DNA of 64,000 nucleotides, taken from positions 16,866,001-16,930,000 of the forward strand of contig CM075988.1 in NCBI GenBank assembly GCA_038087875.1. The letters are read 5' to 3'. Numbering within the stretch: position 1 is the first letter of the stretch; every line of letters starts with the position of its first letter. The notes below the pieces were generated by a model, which saw nothing but the letters and a program-made list of their open reading frames with translations, made no database searches and was not told the DNA's origin. Below, piece by piece: positions 37,364 to 50,239 of this stretch. The stretch is from Malacoraja senta (taxonomy: Eukaryota). The position numbers were made by a program, and so were the translations under genes.

Positions 37364-38691
37364 AGATTTTATTTATATAGCGCTTTTCAGGACTCAAAGA
37401 CTATACCTGACTACAATTGAGCCATTCACATCAAATGACACAGACCTAGTGCTTTCAGTGCAAGTTTTACTTTAGGTCAGCACTCATTAATAGGCAATAA
37501 TGTGCAGGGAAATCACCAAATAAGGAAACGTTTATAAGTTCAGAAGTTCTAAGAGCAATATTAAGCCATTCGGCCCATCAAGGCTACTCCGCCATTCGGT
37601 CATGGCTGATCTATTTTTCCCTCTCAATACCATTCTCCTGCCTTCTCCCCATAACCCCGACACCCATGCTAATCAAGAATCTGTGAATCTCCGTGTTAAA
37701 AATATTTATTGACTTGGCCTCCACAACCGTCTGTGGCAATAAATTCCACAGATTCACCACCCTCTGATGACAGGCAACTGAATCATCCTACCACAACTAG
37801 AGAGCAGTCCACTATCTATCTCATTGGTAACGCTTGGACTATCTTTGATCGGACTTTACTGGCTTTACCTTGGACCAAACGTTATTTCCTTATCATGTAA
37901 CTGTAAGCTATAAATGTAATCATGCATTGTCTTTCCACTGACTGGTTAGCACTCAACAAAAGCCTTTCACTGTACCTCGGCACATGTGACAATAAACTAA
38001 ACTGAACTGAACAGACAGCAATCTGAGGGCGGGCAGAGTTCCTGTGACCTTGTATTCCCCCCCCCCCCCCCCCAACCTCAGCCGACCCTCAGGGACACAG
38101 GGATTCCAGTTTAGCGATCGAAGCAGTAAACAAGAGGACACGGAGAATCCCCAAACTCGCAGCGCGGATGTTTGTGACCTATAAAGCGATGGTGCCCGGG
38201 GACGGCCTCGTGGCTGTCCACATGTTCGCTGTCAGTCCCGGCCTAACCATTATTCTGATGGCGGCACTCGTTCCTGCAGCCAAAATATCAGTAGAAATTG
38301 CATATCAGCAGCGAGCAACTCAAACCGAGAGTGAGCGAAGCACTCTGCCTTTAGACCCATGAACTAAATTGGTGTGACAGGGCGGCTTGTTAATGAAAGC
38401 AGTTGGCACTATGTATGTAAATGTACCATGTTTAAAGTAGCTCGGTAAAAGCCTTTAACATATCAAACAAATGTGGGCACATGGACGTGGAAGGGTTTGC
38501 ACAAGATTTTTGCTGTTAACTCCTTCGTTTTTCTTCCAGGTGATCGCTCCAAATGCATAGTTTATCCCAGCCAGGTCTCTGCCTCCTACTGCTCCCAATA
38601 AAGGCACAACTTTCAGAAAGCAAAATACGGCAGATGCTGAAAAATCCAAAATAAAAACAGGAAAATGCTGACGCATACATCATGGGTCAGG

Positions 38692-39002
38692 TAGTTTAGT
38701 TTAGAGATACAGCCCAGAAACAGGCCCCATCGGCTCACTGAGTCCACGACGACCATCGATCACACCGTACACCAGCACTATCCTACACCCTAGGGACAAT
38801 TTACAATTTTTACTGAAGCCATTTAGCCTACAAACCTGTACATCTTTGGAGTGTGAGAAGAAACCAGAGCACCCGGAGAAAACCCACGTGGTCACAGGAA
38901 GAATGTACAAACTCTGTACAGACAGCACCTGCAGTTAGGATCAAACACGGGTCTCTAGCGCGGCAGGGCAGCAACTCTACCACTGCGCCACCATGCCACC
39001 CT
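38692..39002 (-). mobile_element. V-SINE, full length
   Basis: Reverse-complement head, core and tail. Confidence 0.9.
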
Positions 39003-39465
39003 TGTCAGTAGAGACAATAATACTCAGATGAAGTGTCATTGGCTTGAGGCGTTAGATCTATTTCTCCCACTGCAGATGCTGTCTGACATGCAGGGTATTT
39101 TCATCAATCTCAACTTTCAGTTTAAGGCACAGCTTTATATGTTGCTTTACTCAAGATTTACTCAACAATAAAAGTTCTTAATAGGCAAAGACTAGAGGTG
39201 ACATTGGGCCCACGTCTTGCATCTGGATGTTTGAAGGAAATCACTTCCAATCATGAGGATCTGAAAGAAATTGTATTTTTGAAAACCTGAACGCAGCATC
39301 CCATATGTACAACCCCACAGTGAAACCTGACACTGCTGGAAGCAGCACGACCCAGTAGCTGGCACCTCGCAGGGAAGAGAAATGAGGAACTGCAGCTGTT
39401 AGTCAATACACAAAATGACACAGAGTAAGTGGAGCAACGCAGCAGGTCAGGCAGCATCTCTGGAC

Positions 39466-39659
39466 AAAAATGCTGGAGAAACTCAGCGGGTGCAGCAGCA
39501 TCTATGGGGCGATGGAAATAGGCAACGTTTCGGGCCGAAACCCTTCTTCAGAAACGTTGCCTATTTCCTTCGCTCCATAGATGCTGCTGCACCCGCTGAG
39601 TTGCTCCAGCATTTTTGTGTACCTTTGATTTTCCAGCATCTGCAGTTCCTTCTTTAACA
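39466..39659. mobile_element. Young palindromic PLE mini-element nested in an older PLE repeat
   Basis: Direct repeat CAGCATCTCTGGACAA at 39452-39467 and 39660-39675; near-perfect inverted arms. Confidence 0.88.
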
Positions 39660-39684
39660 CAGCATCTCTGGACAACATGGATAG

Positions 39685-40050
39685 GTGAATAGTGAAAGGC
39701 TTGAATAGAGTGGATGTGGAGAGGATGTTTCCAATTGTGGGAGAGTCTAGGACCAGAGGTTTCAGAATCAAAGGACGTTTCTTTTGGAAGGAGATAAGGA
39801 GGAATTTCTTTAGAGGGCTGTGATCTGTGGAATTCTTTGCCACATACGGCTGTGGAGGCCAGGTCAATGGATATTTTTAAGGCAGAGACAGATAGATTAT
39901 TGATTAGTACGGGTTATGGGGAGATGGGGTTATGGGGAGAAGGCAGGAGAATGAGGTTAGGAGGGAGAGATAGATCAGCCATGATCGAGTACATGGAGTA
40001 GGCTTGATGGGCAGAATGGCCGAGCTCTGCTCCCATCACGTACGACCTCA
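39685..40050 (+). mobile_element. CR1 3' end
   Basis: AGAGTGGATGTGGAGAGGATGTTTCC...GATAGATCAGCCATGATC. Confidence 0.85.
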
Positions 40051-41464
40051 CTTATGCTGCCTGACCTGCTGAGTTATTCCAGCGCTTTGTGTCTTTTTGT
40101 GTTTTAACCAACATCTGCGGTGTTACAGAGTGTCTGGACCCTTATTCAGACTTCACAGGGTGTACCTGGGCAGATATCAAGGGAGTACCAAGAGAATGCG
40201 GGCCTGCCATCAGGGCATTGCCGAGAGAGTGCTGGACCAGCATCAGGGAATAAATGGACTGCCAGGGCAGTACAAAGAGAGTGCCCAACCTGACTCCTGA
40301 CCAACCAGCACATTAACTACATATCCCAAGTCTGGTTCAAGCTGTAAAACTGACCTTCACTGTCTTTGCAGGTTTGCAAAGTTTAGCTGTATTGATGGCT
40401 AGACTAAAGCAGGATGGAATACGCAAAATGCTGGAGTAACTCGGCGGGTCAGGCAGCATCCCTGGAGGACACGGATAGGTGACATTTCGAGTTGGGCTGA
40501 AAAGCAGGAGGTGTTTTATTGTTGGAAAGGTATGGACCAATATCCCCACACCATGTTCTCTGAAAAACATTTGGACAGGTACGTGGATTGGATACGTTTA
40601 CAGGGGTATGGGCCAAATGCAGGCAGGTGGGACTAGAATAGATGGGGCAAGTTGGTCGGCGAGGGCAAGTTGGGCCGAAGAACCCATGCTGTATGACTCG
40701 ATGACCAATTTGCAAGGACAGTTTCTGCAATTAGATTATTTTCTTCAACACTAACTGACGCTTGCTTCATAAGAGCTATTGGATACCCTGTCTTATTTTT
40801 TCTGCCTCTCTTCATCTATCTCCAAGATCTGCCATCCTCTGCAACACAGACTGATGTGTGTGGACCAATTCCGGAGTGCAATACAGGATGGTCAACTGTG
40901 CCCTGTGCCAAAAGGGGGAACACAGCGCTCCCTTTCAAAGGACTGTCAATGGCTCCTCTTGATTCCAGTGCCACCATTATGAAAGAGCTCAGCCAGTTAT
41001 TGTACACTTCCATTTCACTCCAGCCTTGGCCAGGTTCTTAAGAGAAAACTCATGTGTTAGAAAAGTTTGCCTCATGAATGGACAGCTCAAAGCACATGTC
41101 TGAATGGGGAAGAAACTGGATCTTTGTGAACAGCCACCTGATGTTGCCTGATAACGTCCCAGTTATTAAAACAGGAGATTCAGTTGACACAAAGTCAGCC
41201 ACGCTGATCTTATCAATGGATTGATAGAAATAAACGACTTCCTCTGGCAATGAAGTTCCCAACACAAAGCCGAGCGCAGGGCATTCAAGTCTAATGGGGT
41301 AGGAAGAAGCAGGGATGCATTTGTTTACTTAAAGCTTAGTGGAAATCTGTAAATGCCCCCACCCCAAAACAAATTGGTTGAAGCTGGGAATATGTCAGGC
41401 AATAGAACATCACAAAAATTAAAAACGGAGGGATATACGTCCTTTGGCCCGGATTGTCAAACAA

Positions 41465-41740
41465 TATGCCCCATCTAAGCTTGTCCCATTTGCCTGCAAT
41501 TAGCCCATATCCCTCCAAATCGTTCCAATCCATGTACCTAACCAGGTTCAGTTGAAATGCTGTTATAGCACCTGCCTCAACAACTTCCTCTGGCAGCTCT
41601 TTCCATATACCCACCACCTGCTGTGTGAAAAGGTTGTCCTTGTTGTTATTACATCTTGCCCCCCTCACTTTCAATTTGTTTTCTCTGCTTTTTGATTCCC
41701 CTCCTCCAAGAGCACTCTGTAACTGCCCTTTCACCCTACC
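41465..41740 (-). mobile_element. CR1 3' end
   Basis: Translates LFTQQVVGIWKELPEEVVEAGAITAF. Confidence 0.8.
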
Positions 41741-41742
41741 TA

Positions 41743-41853
41743 CAGTGCATTCAGATGATTAAAACAATAAAATTTAATCAATTTTAGAATAATGTTGTAA
41801 CATAACAAAATGTGGGAAAAGTGGAGGGGTCTGAATACTTTCTGAATGCACTG
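41743..41853. mobile_element. Tc1/mariner internally deleted remnant
   Basis: TA-CAGTGCATTCAGA...GGGGTCTGAATACTTTCTGAATGCACTG-TA; TA target duplication. Confidence 0.85.
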
Positions 41854-43011
41854 TATTCCCTCAGTGTTCTGCTTAGCCCGATAGTTCATTTTAAATTGAC
41901 AATATTCATCGTTAAACCATCATCTATTAGCAGGCAACAATGAAGATGGCTCCTACTCGTCAACCATCCTTTCTTAAAGTCAGATCCATACAGCACAGAA
42001 ACAGCCCATCTCAGCCATGCTGACCTCTATGCACCTCTATAAGATCGGCCCACAGCCTTCTGCACTCCAAGGAATAACATCCTAGCCTGTCCAGCCTTTC
42101 CCTATATCTCAAGCCTTCAAGTCCTGGCAACATCCTCATAAATCTTACCCACACTCTTACAGTTTAACCATGCTCTGTAGTTATGGTACAGGTGTTAAAT
42201 GGACAGCAGAGATAGCTTGATGGACTGAATGGCCTACTGTTCTTGTGTTATGTTCCAGTGTGAAATCCCTACAGTGAAAATACTGCTAGTCAATAACCAA
42301 AAAATAAATCAAATTAAATCCTACACACCAGTTTGCTCTACAAATCTTCAACTGTTGAAAGGAATGAAAGATCTGTCATGAATTCAGGCATATTGATTTT
42401 GAAAAAGGTTATAATTGTAATTCCTTTCATTTACTAGTAAAGAGAGATGTATCCATCAATAGAGAAGTATTAGGTCAATAATTCACTGGTGTTTTAAAAA
42501 AAAAATGCTTTAGTTCAAAACAATTTCCTCTCACACACCCTCACCAATGTTAAACAATCATACTTGTGATGGAAAGGTATCCAGATTCAAAAAGAACAGA
42601 GTTCGTGATAACAGGCTATGCAATTGAAACTTCCAATTCCCCAGAGCCTGGTTAATGCCCCAGTTGAAACCAACATATGTACGGAATTTACAGCTGTCAA
42701 AATTGCAAATTACACACTCGAACATATTATTGGAAGTAATGCCCTTTCCAGCCTTCAAGATACCCATATTTCCAGTCAAAGAGCATCTGACAAAATTGTA
42801 CATTCCCAACAGACCTATACTTCATATTAAATTGGCAATGTTCATAGTTAAGCCTTCATCTATTGCAAGGATATGATGAGGATGACTCCTGCTTCTCAAA
42901 CCTCCTTTCCTAAGGTTCATCATATTACGCCAACTTTTTGCCACGTTTGTTACATGTTCACATCTTGGGGTACAAGGTGGTCATAGTGAAGAATTCAGAC
43001 GTTTTAAACTG

Positions 43012-43155
43012 AGGCAGCACAGTGGCGCAGCGGTACAGTTGCTCCCTTACAGCACCAGAGTCCCAGGTTCAATCCTGACTACGGGTGCTGTCTGCATGCA
43101 CTTTGTACATTCTCCCTGTGACCGCGTGGGTTTTCTCCAGTTGCTCTGGTTTCCC
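43012..43155 (+). mobile_element. V-SINE 5' half
   Basis: Head and start of V core. Confidence 0.85.
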
Positions 43156-43574
43156 AGCAAGGTGAGAGATGATATCACTGGAAGACAAATGAAATCAGAA
43201 GCGCTCTGGACAACATTGGAACTTGTTCATCTTGTACAACAGGTAAAAAAACTATCCCCATATTTTACCTCTTCAGCTAGGACATGAATGAATAATTAGT
43301 AAACCAATTGAGAAATGCTCCAGAGAGAAAATGTAACAATAAGTTGCATCTTAACATTAAACTAGCCCGTGACTCACAAGGGATAGTATGAAGTACAAAT
43401 CTGACCCCACATTAATGCTGATGACTAAAAGCTTAGACAGAGGTTCCAAGCAGTATTGTAGAGAGGGAGGAATCACTAGATGGAAATATTTTGGGATGGA
43501 ATTTGGCAGCGTTGGCCTCAGCAGCTGAAGGTAGATCCTGTTTCTATTCAGTGGCTTTCTATTAATCAATATTG

Positions 43575-43835
43575 TCTAGGGCTATGGGGAGAAGGCAGAA
43601 GAACAGATCAGCTATTGAATGGCAGAGCAGACTTAATTAATACATAAGTTACAGGATCAGAATTAGGCCATTCGGCCCATCAAATCTACTCTGCCGTTCA
43701 ATCATGGCAGATCTATTTTTCCTTCTCAACCCCATTCTCCTGCCTTCCTCCCATAACCTCTGATACCTGTACTAAGCCATGGACCTGATGGGCAAAATGG
43801 CCTAATTCTGATCCTATAACTTATGAACTTATATA
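43575..43835. mobile_element. CR1 3' tail (+) with an opposite-orientation CR1 tail inserted (about 43645-43775)
   Basis: Plus-strand tail stops at GCAGAGCAGACT and resumes at GACCTGATGGGCAAAATGGCC. Confidence 0.7.
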
Positions 43836-44053
43836 ATGAAGATTTACTAATTAAACTGTTAAACATTCTGATCTCAAAAAGTTGAGCTTTAATCCAGCAA
43901 TCTGTTGGTATGAATGCAGTAGATCTCTGGCAACGGTTCCCCTCCGACCCTTCAAACCCCGAGCCTCAGCTGCATTTGTCATATTATGCTGACAAGGGCT
44001 CTTATCAAAGCTTACAGAGCAGCAAGCATCTGCACAGCCATCAGAGATTGCTA

Positions 44054-44310
44054 TGTGTGTATGTGTGGATCCGAGTGTGTGAGTGTGTGTGCATCTGCAT
44101 CCATGTATCTGCTTGCGTGCATGTATCTGCTTGTGTGTGTGAGAGTGTGTGAGTGTGAGTGTGTGTGCGTGTGTGTGAGTGTGTGAGTGAGTGTGTGAGT
44201 GAGTGTGAATGTGTGCGTGAGTATGAGGGTGTATGAGAGAGTGTGTGAGGGTATGAGGGAGAGTGAGTGTGTGCATGTGTGTGTGCACATGTGTGTGTGT
44301 GTGCATGTCT
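44054..44310. repeat. Degenerate (TG)n/(GTGA)n microsatellite
   Basis: Seen directly. Confidence 0.92.
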
Positions 44311-44966
44311 GCTTGTGCCTGTACACATAAGGTTCTTCATGACTGTAGATCTCCATTAATTTCTGTGCATGAGGTTCGTGCGAGTGTGTGTGCACGACTA
44401 TATGTGTGTACAACCTGCATGTATGGTATTTGAGTTCACACACAGATGTAATGCACTTTCCAGTGTATATGTGCGCGTACATGCAGGCCAGTCTCTGTAT
44501 TTTCACAGTTCCACGGGCACATGTTGTGACCTGGTGCTGATGTAAAAGGACTCAGGCGGAGACGAGAAGCTAGGGGCAGTGTGAGCGCTGCTTCCTTGCA
44601 AGACCACGACTTTGCTGAAAAGCAGCATTTGGGATGATGTCATTCAACAGAACCAAGATAATTAAGCAAATTCATTACCACTGCAAATCCTGGAAACTGA
44701 AACCCTGAAAATTAAACCACAGTGGAGATGCACGTCCTTTGTTAGGAAGGAACAGCTGCCGGATGCTCTCATTTAGTCCAAATGAACAGCATCCTTCAGA
44801 ATCAAACTCTCCGCTGCCAGATGTACTTCCGCATATATTCTGTTGAATGTCCTGGTATTAGCTTACTCGCACGGCAATAGTTCTGCTCTGCATTCAGAAT
44901 CCTTTGTTAAACGCACAGCTCCTGTAAATGATGCTTGCATTGAAATAAGAATATCAGTAAGCAAGC

Positions 44967-45247
44967 TTAGTTTAGTTTAGATATACAGTGTGGAAACAGG
45001 CCCTTCGGCCCACCCAGTCCGTGCCGACCAGCGATCACCCATACATAGACACAAGGGACAATTTACAGAAGCCAATTAACCTACAAACCCGCACGTCTTT
45101 AGATTGTGGGAGGAAACCGGAGCACCCGAAGAAAATCCATGGAGAACGTACAGGGAGAACGTACAAACACCAAATATCCATGGTCAGGATTGAACCCGGG
45201 CCTCTGGTGCTGTAAGGCAGCAACTCTACCGCTGTGCCACTGTGCCA
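44967..45247 (-). mobile_element. V-SINE
   Basis: Reverse-complement head, core and tail. Confidence 0.88.
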
Positions 45248-45339
45248 AAATATTGTTTCTATTACTTTTTTGTTATTAACGTAACGTTGATATGATAGCT
45301 TACACGACTCTCTTCCAAACCAACAGTCATTAAACTGAG

Positions 45340-45505
45340 TGGGCAAAAGGGAACTCAGATTATCATCCCATCTACAAGATGGCATCTCTGACAATGTGTT
45401 GCACTAGGTTTCAATCTAGAATTTGGGCCAAGTTTTTCTGGAGTGGGACTTGCACCCACAACTTTATGATGATGAGATAAAGATGATTTGCACTGGGCCA
45501 CAACT
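45340..45505 (-). mobile_element. Old degenerate tRNA-derived SINE (Deu/SacSINE1-like)
   Basis: GGAGTGGGACTTGCACCCACAAC (reverse-complement B-box region) preceded by AAGATGGCATCTCTGACAATG. Confidence 0.4.
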
Positions 45506-45706
45506 AGCACTGAAAACACATATAGGGAGTACTGAGTGAGATGCAGCCAAAAGGAAGGTAGAAGATTGGCACAACTTTGATTTCAAAACCAGCATATAAC
45601 ATAACAGAGCTGTAGTCTTTGAAAATAAGTTGAATAGTGTCTGAATGAAGCCTATATGATCCTCTTTCCTATTGATACTGGTTCAGAGCAGGTTCATCTA
45701 TTGTAA

Positions 45707-46072
45707 AGCCCCTGTCCCACGATGCGAGTTCACCCAAGAGCTCTCCCGAGTTCAAGAAAAAATCAAACTCGTGGTAAGTACGTAGAATGTACGTAGGACC
45801 TCGTGGATGTCCCGTAGCGGCTCGTAATGCGAACGGCAGGTACTCGGGAAACGGGGTATCTAACGGCAGGTACTCGGGATACCCTTGGACATTTTTCACA
45901 GTGTTGAAAATAATTCACGAGTTACCGCGTTTCCCAAGTACCTGCCGTTAGCATTACGAGCCACTACGGGACATCCACGAGGTCCTACGTACCCGCTACG
46001 CACATACCAGGAGTTCGATTTTTTAAAACTCGGGAGAGCTCTTGGGTGAACTCGCATCGTGGGACAGGGGCT
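45707..46072. mobile_element. PIF/Harbinger-type palindromic MITE
   Basis: TIR AGCCCCTGTCCCAC/GTGGGACAGGGGCT; TAA at 45704-45706 and 46073-46075; inverted arms span most of the element. Confidence 0.9.
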
Positions 46073-46075
46073 TAA

Positions 46076-46355
46076 ATCCCCTGTCCCACTATACGAGTTC
46101 ACCCAAGAGCTCTCACGAATTTAAAAAAAAATCAATCTTGTGGTAAGTACGTAGAATGCACGTAGCGGGTACGTCGGAGCTCATGGATGTCTCGTAGCGG
46201 CTCGTAATGCTAACGGCAGGTACTCAGGAAACGCGGAAACTCGTGACGTTTTTTCAACAGTGTGAAAAATTTCCAAGAGTAAAAAAATACTCGTGATGAG
46301 GTACCACGAGTTTGATTTTTTTTTTAAACTCGGGAGAGCTTTTGGGTGAACTCGC
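46076..46355. mobile_element. Second copy of the same MITE family, right tip missing
   Basis: Starts ATCCCCTGTCCCAC directly after the shared TAA; ends GGGTGAACTCGC. Confidence 0.85.
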
Positions 46356-46788
46356 CTGCCTAAGCGTCTGCCTACTTTGAAGAAATTAAGCAAAAGTGAC
46401 TCTGGTTTCATTCACAATCCAAAAATAAGGATTGATTCTGCAGAACAATAATAGACTCAGCATAATTACATTTATGGGTGGATTCTGTCAGACTAAGCTA
46501 AAATGTTGCTGGAAGTTGGAACCAAGCAATTAGATGAACTAAAGGAACTTTAGTTTTTAAAATGAGTTTAGAGGAATTATTTCATTGGTCCTGCCCTTTA
46601 CAGGACAGGTGCTGAGAGATTGTTTTCTCTGAGGAAAGTCTAGAACTTAGGATGTTCTCAGGATAAAGGGTTGGACATGTGGGACTGAGATGAGGAGACA
46701 TTTCTCCATCATGAAACTTTGCAATTCTCTCTCAAAATGGGTGTGGATTATCAGTCATTATTCTTGACAGAGATCAGTAGATTCTTAG

Positions 46789-47144
46789 TAGACATAAGCT
46801 TACACCCCTGCGGTATGAACATTGACTTCTCTAACTTCAAGTAACCCTTACTTTCCCTCTCTCTCCATCACTCCACCTTCCCAGTTCTCCGACCAGTCTG
46901 ACTGCCTCCGACTACATTTTATCTCTGTTTGCTTTGTTGTTACCTTCTCCCAGCTAACAATGATCTATCCAACATGGTCCTTGATCTCCACCCCCTCTCA
47001 CCTGTTTTCACACCTTATGCTTCCTTATCTATGTATCTCCCTCTCCCCTGCCATCAGTCTGAAGAAGGGTCTCGACCCGAAACGTCACCCATTCCTTCTC
47101 TCAAGAGATGCTGCCTGAGTTACTCCAGCATTTTGCGTCTATCT
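46789..47144 (+). mobile_element. PLE 3' end (second family): last GIY-YIG codons, 3' UTR and terminal repeat
   Basis: LHPCGMNIDFSNFK*; TSD TCAGTAGATTCTTAG at 46774-46788 and 47145-47159; inserted in a CR1 remnant. Confidence 0.88.
47059..47086 (+). ncRNA. Minimal hammerhead-like motif in PLE terminal repeat (representative copy)
   Basis: CUGAAGA-A-GGGUC(UC)GACCC-GAAA-CGUC; stem I is only about 2 bp. Confidence 0.55.
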
Positions 47145-48104
47145 TCAGTAGATTCTTAGATGCAAGAAACTAAGGGATATGGGGATGCAGCAAAAAAGTA
47201 GCTGGATTGATTATGAATAGATTGTTACAGCTCGTACCCGGTGGTGAATCTCTAGATTCTCTAAATTCCATTCTTGAGAACTGTCCATTAGCTGATTTCT
47301 TCGTAAGTCAGAAACATTCATTTTCTACAGTAACCCATATATTGCTCTGCAGACACTTGCTATGATTCTTTCACTTCATTGTATAATCACCCTAATAATA
47401 CCTATAATTAAACCAATTGAATATATAGTATCCAGCCATTAATGAATACCATGAAGCATTGTATTATTATTAGTAGTAGCTTGCAAACTGCTTTAAAATG
47501 TATGGGAAATTTTACATAGTCAGATTTGCGTATGTCAGGTCATCTGTAACCCTGGAAGCCCCTGTATGTATAAACACATGTATATAAACTATATATATAA
47601 TGAAGTATTAAATATACCTCATAGTTATTCTTCAGCATCAATTGTCTATTGTAATATTTTCAATATTACATTTTGCCGTGAACCTTCCTTCATTTTAAAA
47701 CAGTGACCAATTGCAAAGGAAGGATCAACTTCAGAGCGGGATCTTGAAGTCACGTGCCTCTTCGCAACACATGAAAACCCCCCTATGGTCAGTAAAGAGT
47801 CGAACAATGAGTCCTCGGAAACCAAATAGCTCTGTGCTTTATTTTCCTTCGGTCCTGAGCATTGGACAATAGATATTGACGCGAGAGTGACATTGGTCTT
47901 GGGTGCCTTGTTTTCACACAAAGTCCAGTTGAAGAGAACACAAAGTACCTTGCCACACAACTGGACAATGAATCTTAGCCCTAGTTCCAACAAAACATTG
48001 CAACGTGTTGGCATGCTAGACCTTTTCTTTATTAAACTGCTAATTGCGGGTCCTCTTGTAGGAATTATTTGTTCCGGTTTTTTGTTTTGGTTTTCAAGAG
48101 AGAG

Positions 48105-48415
48105 TTAGATTTAGCTCTTAGGGCTAACGGAATGTTTACAAATACACGGGACAAGATGTTAAAAGTCCAAAGTGCCAAATATCAACTTACTCCCGATGGT
48201 GATGGGAGCCTTCTGCACTCACCTATGCTCCTCCGATGTTGAGAAAGGCTAGACAGACACGTCATTGGGGTTATCAAGTGGGCACCAAAGGGATATGGGG
48301 GAAAAAGCAGGAGCGGGGTACTGATTTTGGATGATCAGCCATGATCATATTGAATGGCAGTGTTGGCTCGAAGGGCCAAATGGCCCACTCCTGCATCTAT
48401 TTTCTATGTTTCTAT
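48105..48415 (+). mobile_element. CR1 3' end interrupted by about 150 bp of unrelated sequence
   Basis: AGCTCTTAGGGCTAACGGAAT | insert | AAGGGATATGGGGG...TTTCTATGTTTCTATG. Confidence 0.7.
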
Positions 48416-48997
48416 GTTCCGTTACCATAAGAAGCTTTAAACACTAAGAACAGGATGTTATGCAACAATAGAGTCCCAGAGTCATACAGAATGGAAACAG
48501 GCCCTTCAGCCCAAATTGCACATGCCAACCTAGATGCCACATCTATACCAGTCCCTGTGTTGGGCCCATATCCCTCTAAAACAGTCACAGAGTCCAGTAA
48601 AACCACTTCCCCATATAGTTTGATCATGGCAGTTTTGAACCACAACCTCATTTTGCAACCTCATTCTTCCATATTCCTCAACGCTCTTGTTTCCCATAAA
48701 TCTGTTATACAATCTTTAAATGACCCATTTATTTTTTGAGGAGGGGAGAAAATTCCAGACATCCCACCCTTCATGCAGAAGATCTACTTCATCTGGCTCT
48801 GATTTTGTGATCAGTTAAATATCTTTTAGCATGGAACATGTTTTTTATTCCCAGTTGTACTGTTAGCCAGTGGGTAATAGTGTCACGTGGTGCATCTTGC
48901 TTTCAGCAGTGTACCAATTCTAAAGACAATCAATCTACAGAATCTATTTAAAGTCTCAGCAGGTAAGTAATTTTAAGGGCACTAACTTGCAGGCAAA

Positions 48998-49086
48998 GTC
49001 TGAAGAAAGGTCTCGACCCGAAACGTCACCTATTCCTTCGCTCCACAGATGCTGCCTCACCCGCTGAGTTTCTCCAGCATTTTTGT
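48998..49086 (+). mobile_element. PLE terminal-repeat fragment
   Basis: Flanked by CTAACT(T)GCAGGCAAA at 48982-48997 and 49087-49101; begins just before the CTGAAGA motif. Confidence 0.8.
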
Positions 49087-49954
49087 CTAACTGCAGGCAA
49101 ACATGACCATTTTGCATTTGCTAATAGACTTTGTCTCAGTGCATTCATGAAGACATTAGGATTATGTTCCCTCATTCTTGATTCCACCACCAAATAAAAT
49201 TATTTCTCCACTGAATCCTTGAGTTATTTCAAACTGATCAGATCAACTTTTTTACCCAAGAAACTCAAGGGAACAGACCAAGTATATGCGTCCTGAACTG
49301 GTCTGTCAACTAAATTAACAAGCACAAACGTACTGATGTTGAGCCATCCAACCGATATTGATGAAGGACTAAAGATAGACACAAAAAGCTGGAGTAACTC
49401 AGTGGGACAAGCAGCATCTCTGGAGAGAAGGAATGTGTGACCGTTTGGGTCGAGACCCTTCTTCAGACTGAAAGTCGCGGGAAAGGGAAATGAGAGATAT
49501 AGACGGTGATAAAGAATAATGAATGAAGGATATGCAAAAAAGTAACGATGATAAAGGAAACTGGCCATTGCTAGCTGCTAGATGTTCATCTGTTAGTGCT
49601 CAGAAAACTGGTGTTGCTCATATACGTAGGAGGGACCCTCCGAGTCTGAGAGAGATGGATGGGTGATGTTGCCTATGGTAGGAATGGACCACGGAAATGC
49701 AACAGCAGTCATGAACATGAAGTGGATTGGGGTACGATGTTATGCTCTAACAATATTTCTGCACTCTGTTTATTTTTTACTTTGTGTATGGTTTGATTGT
49801 ACTCATGTAGAGTATGCTTTGACTGGATGGCACACAAAACAAAGATTTTCACTGTATCCTGGTATACATGACAATAATAAACCAATGAATCAATCTACTC
49901 AGCAGACACCAGTTTGGGATGAAATTCATTTAGGTTTATTGTTGATTGCTGTCT

Positions 49955-50239
49955 TTAGACTTTAGGCTTCAGAGATACAATGCAGCAATAGACCCTTCAG
50001 TACACCGAGTCCAGGTTGACCAGGTACACTAACACTATCCTACACACTAGGGACAATTTACAATTTGTTACCATAGCCAATCAACCTACAAACCTGTATG
50101 TCTTTGGAGTGTGGGAGGAAATCAGAGCACCCGGAGAAAACCCATACAGCCACAGGGAGAACGTACAAACTCTGTACAGTTAGCACCTGTAGTCAGGATC
50201 GAACCTGCTTCTCTGGCACTGTAAGGCAGCAACTCTACT
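49955..50239 (-). mobile_element. V-SINE
   Basis: Reverse-complement head, core and tail. Confidence 0.85.

Noticed and set aside
43851..44506. His/Thr-rich ORFs
   Set aside because: (CA)n-type microsatellite.
48907..48962. Possible plus-strand micro-exon ending CAG/GTAAGT
   Set aside because: Splice-like motifs only; peptide unrecognised and no supporting neighbouring exons.
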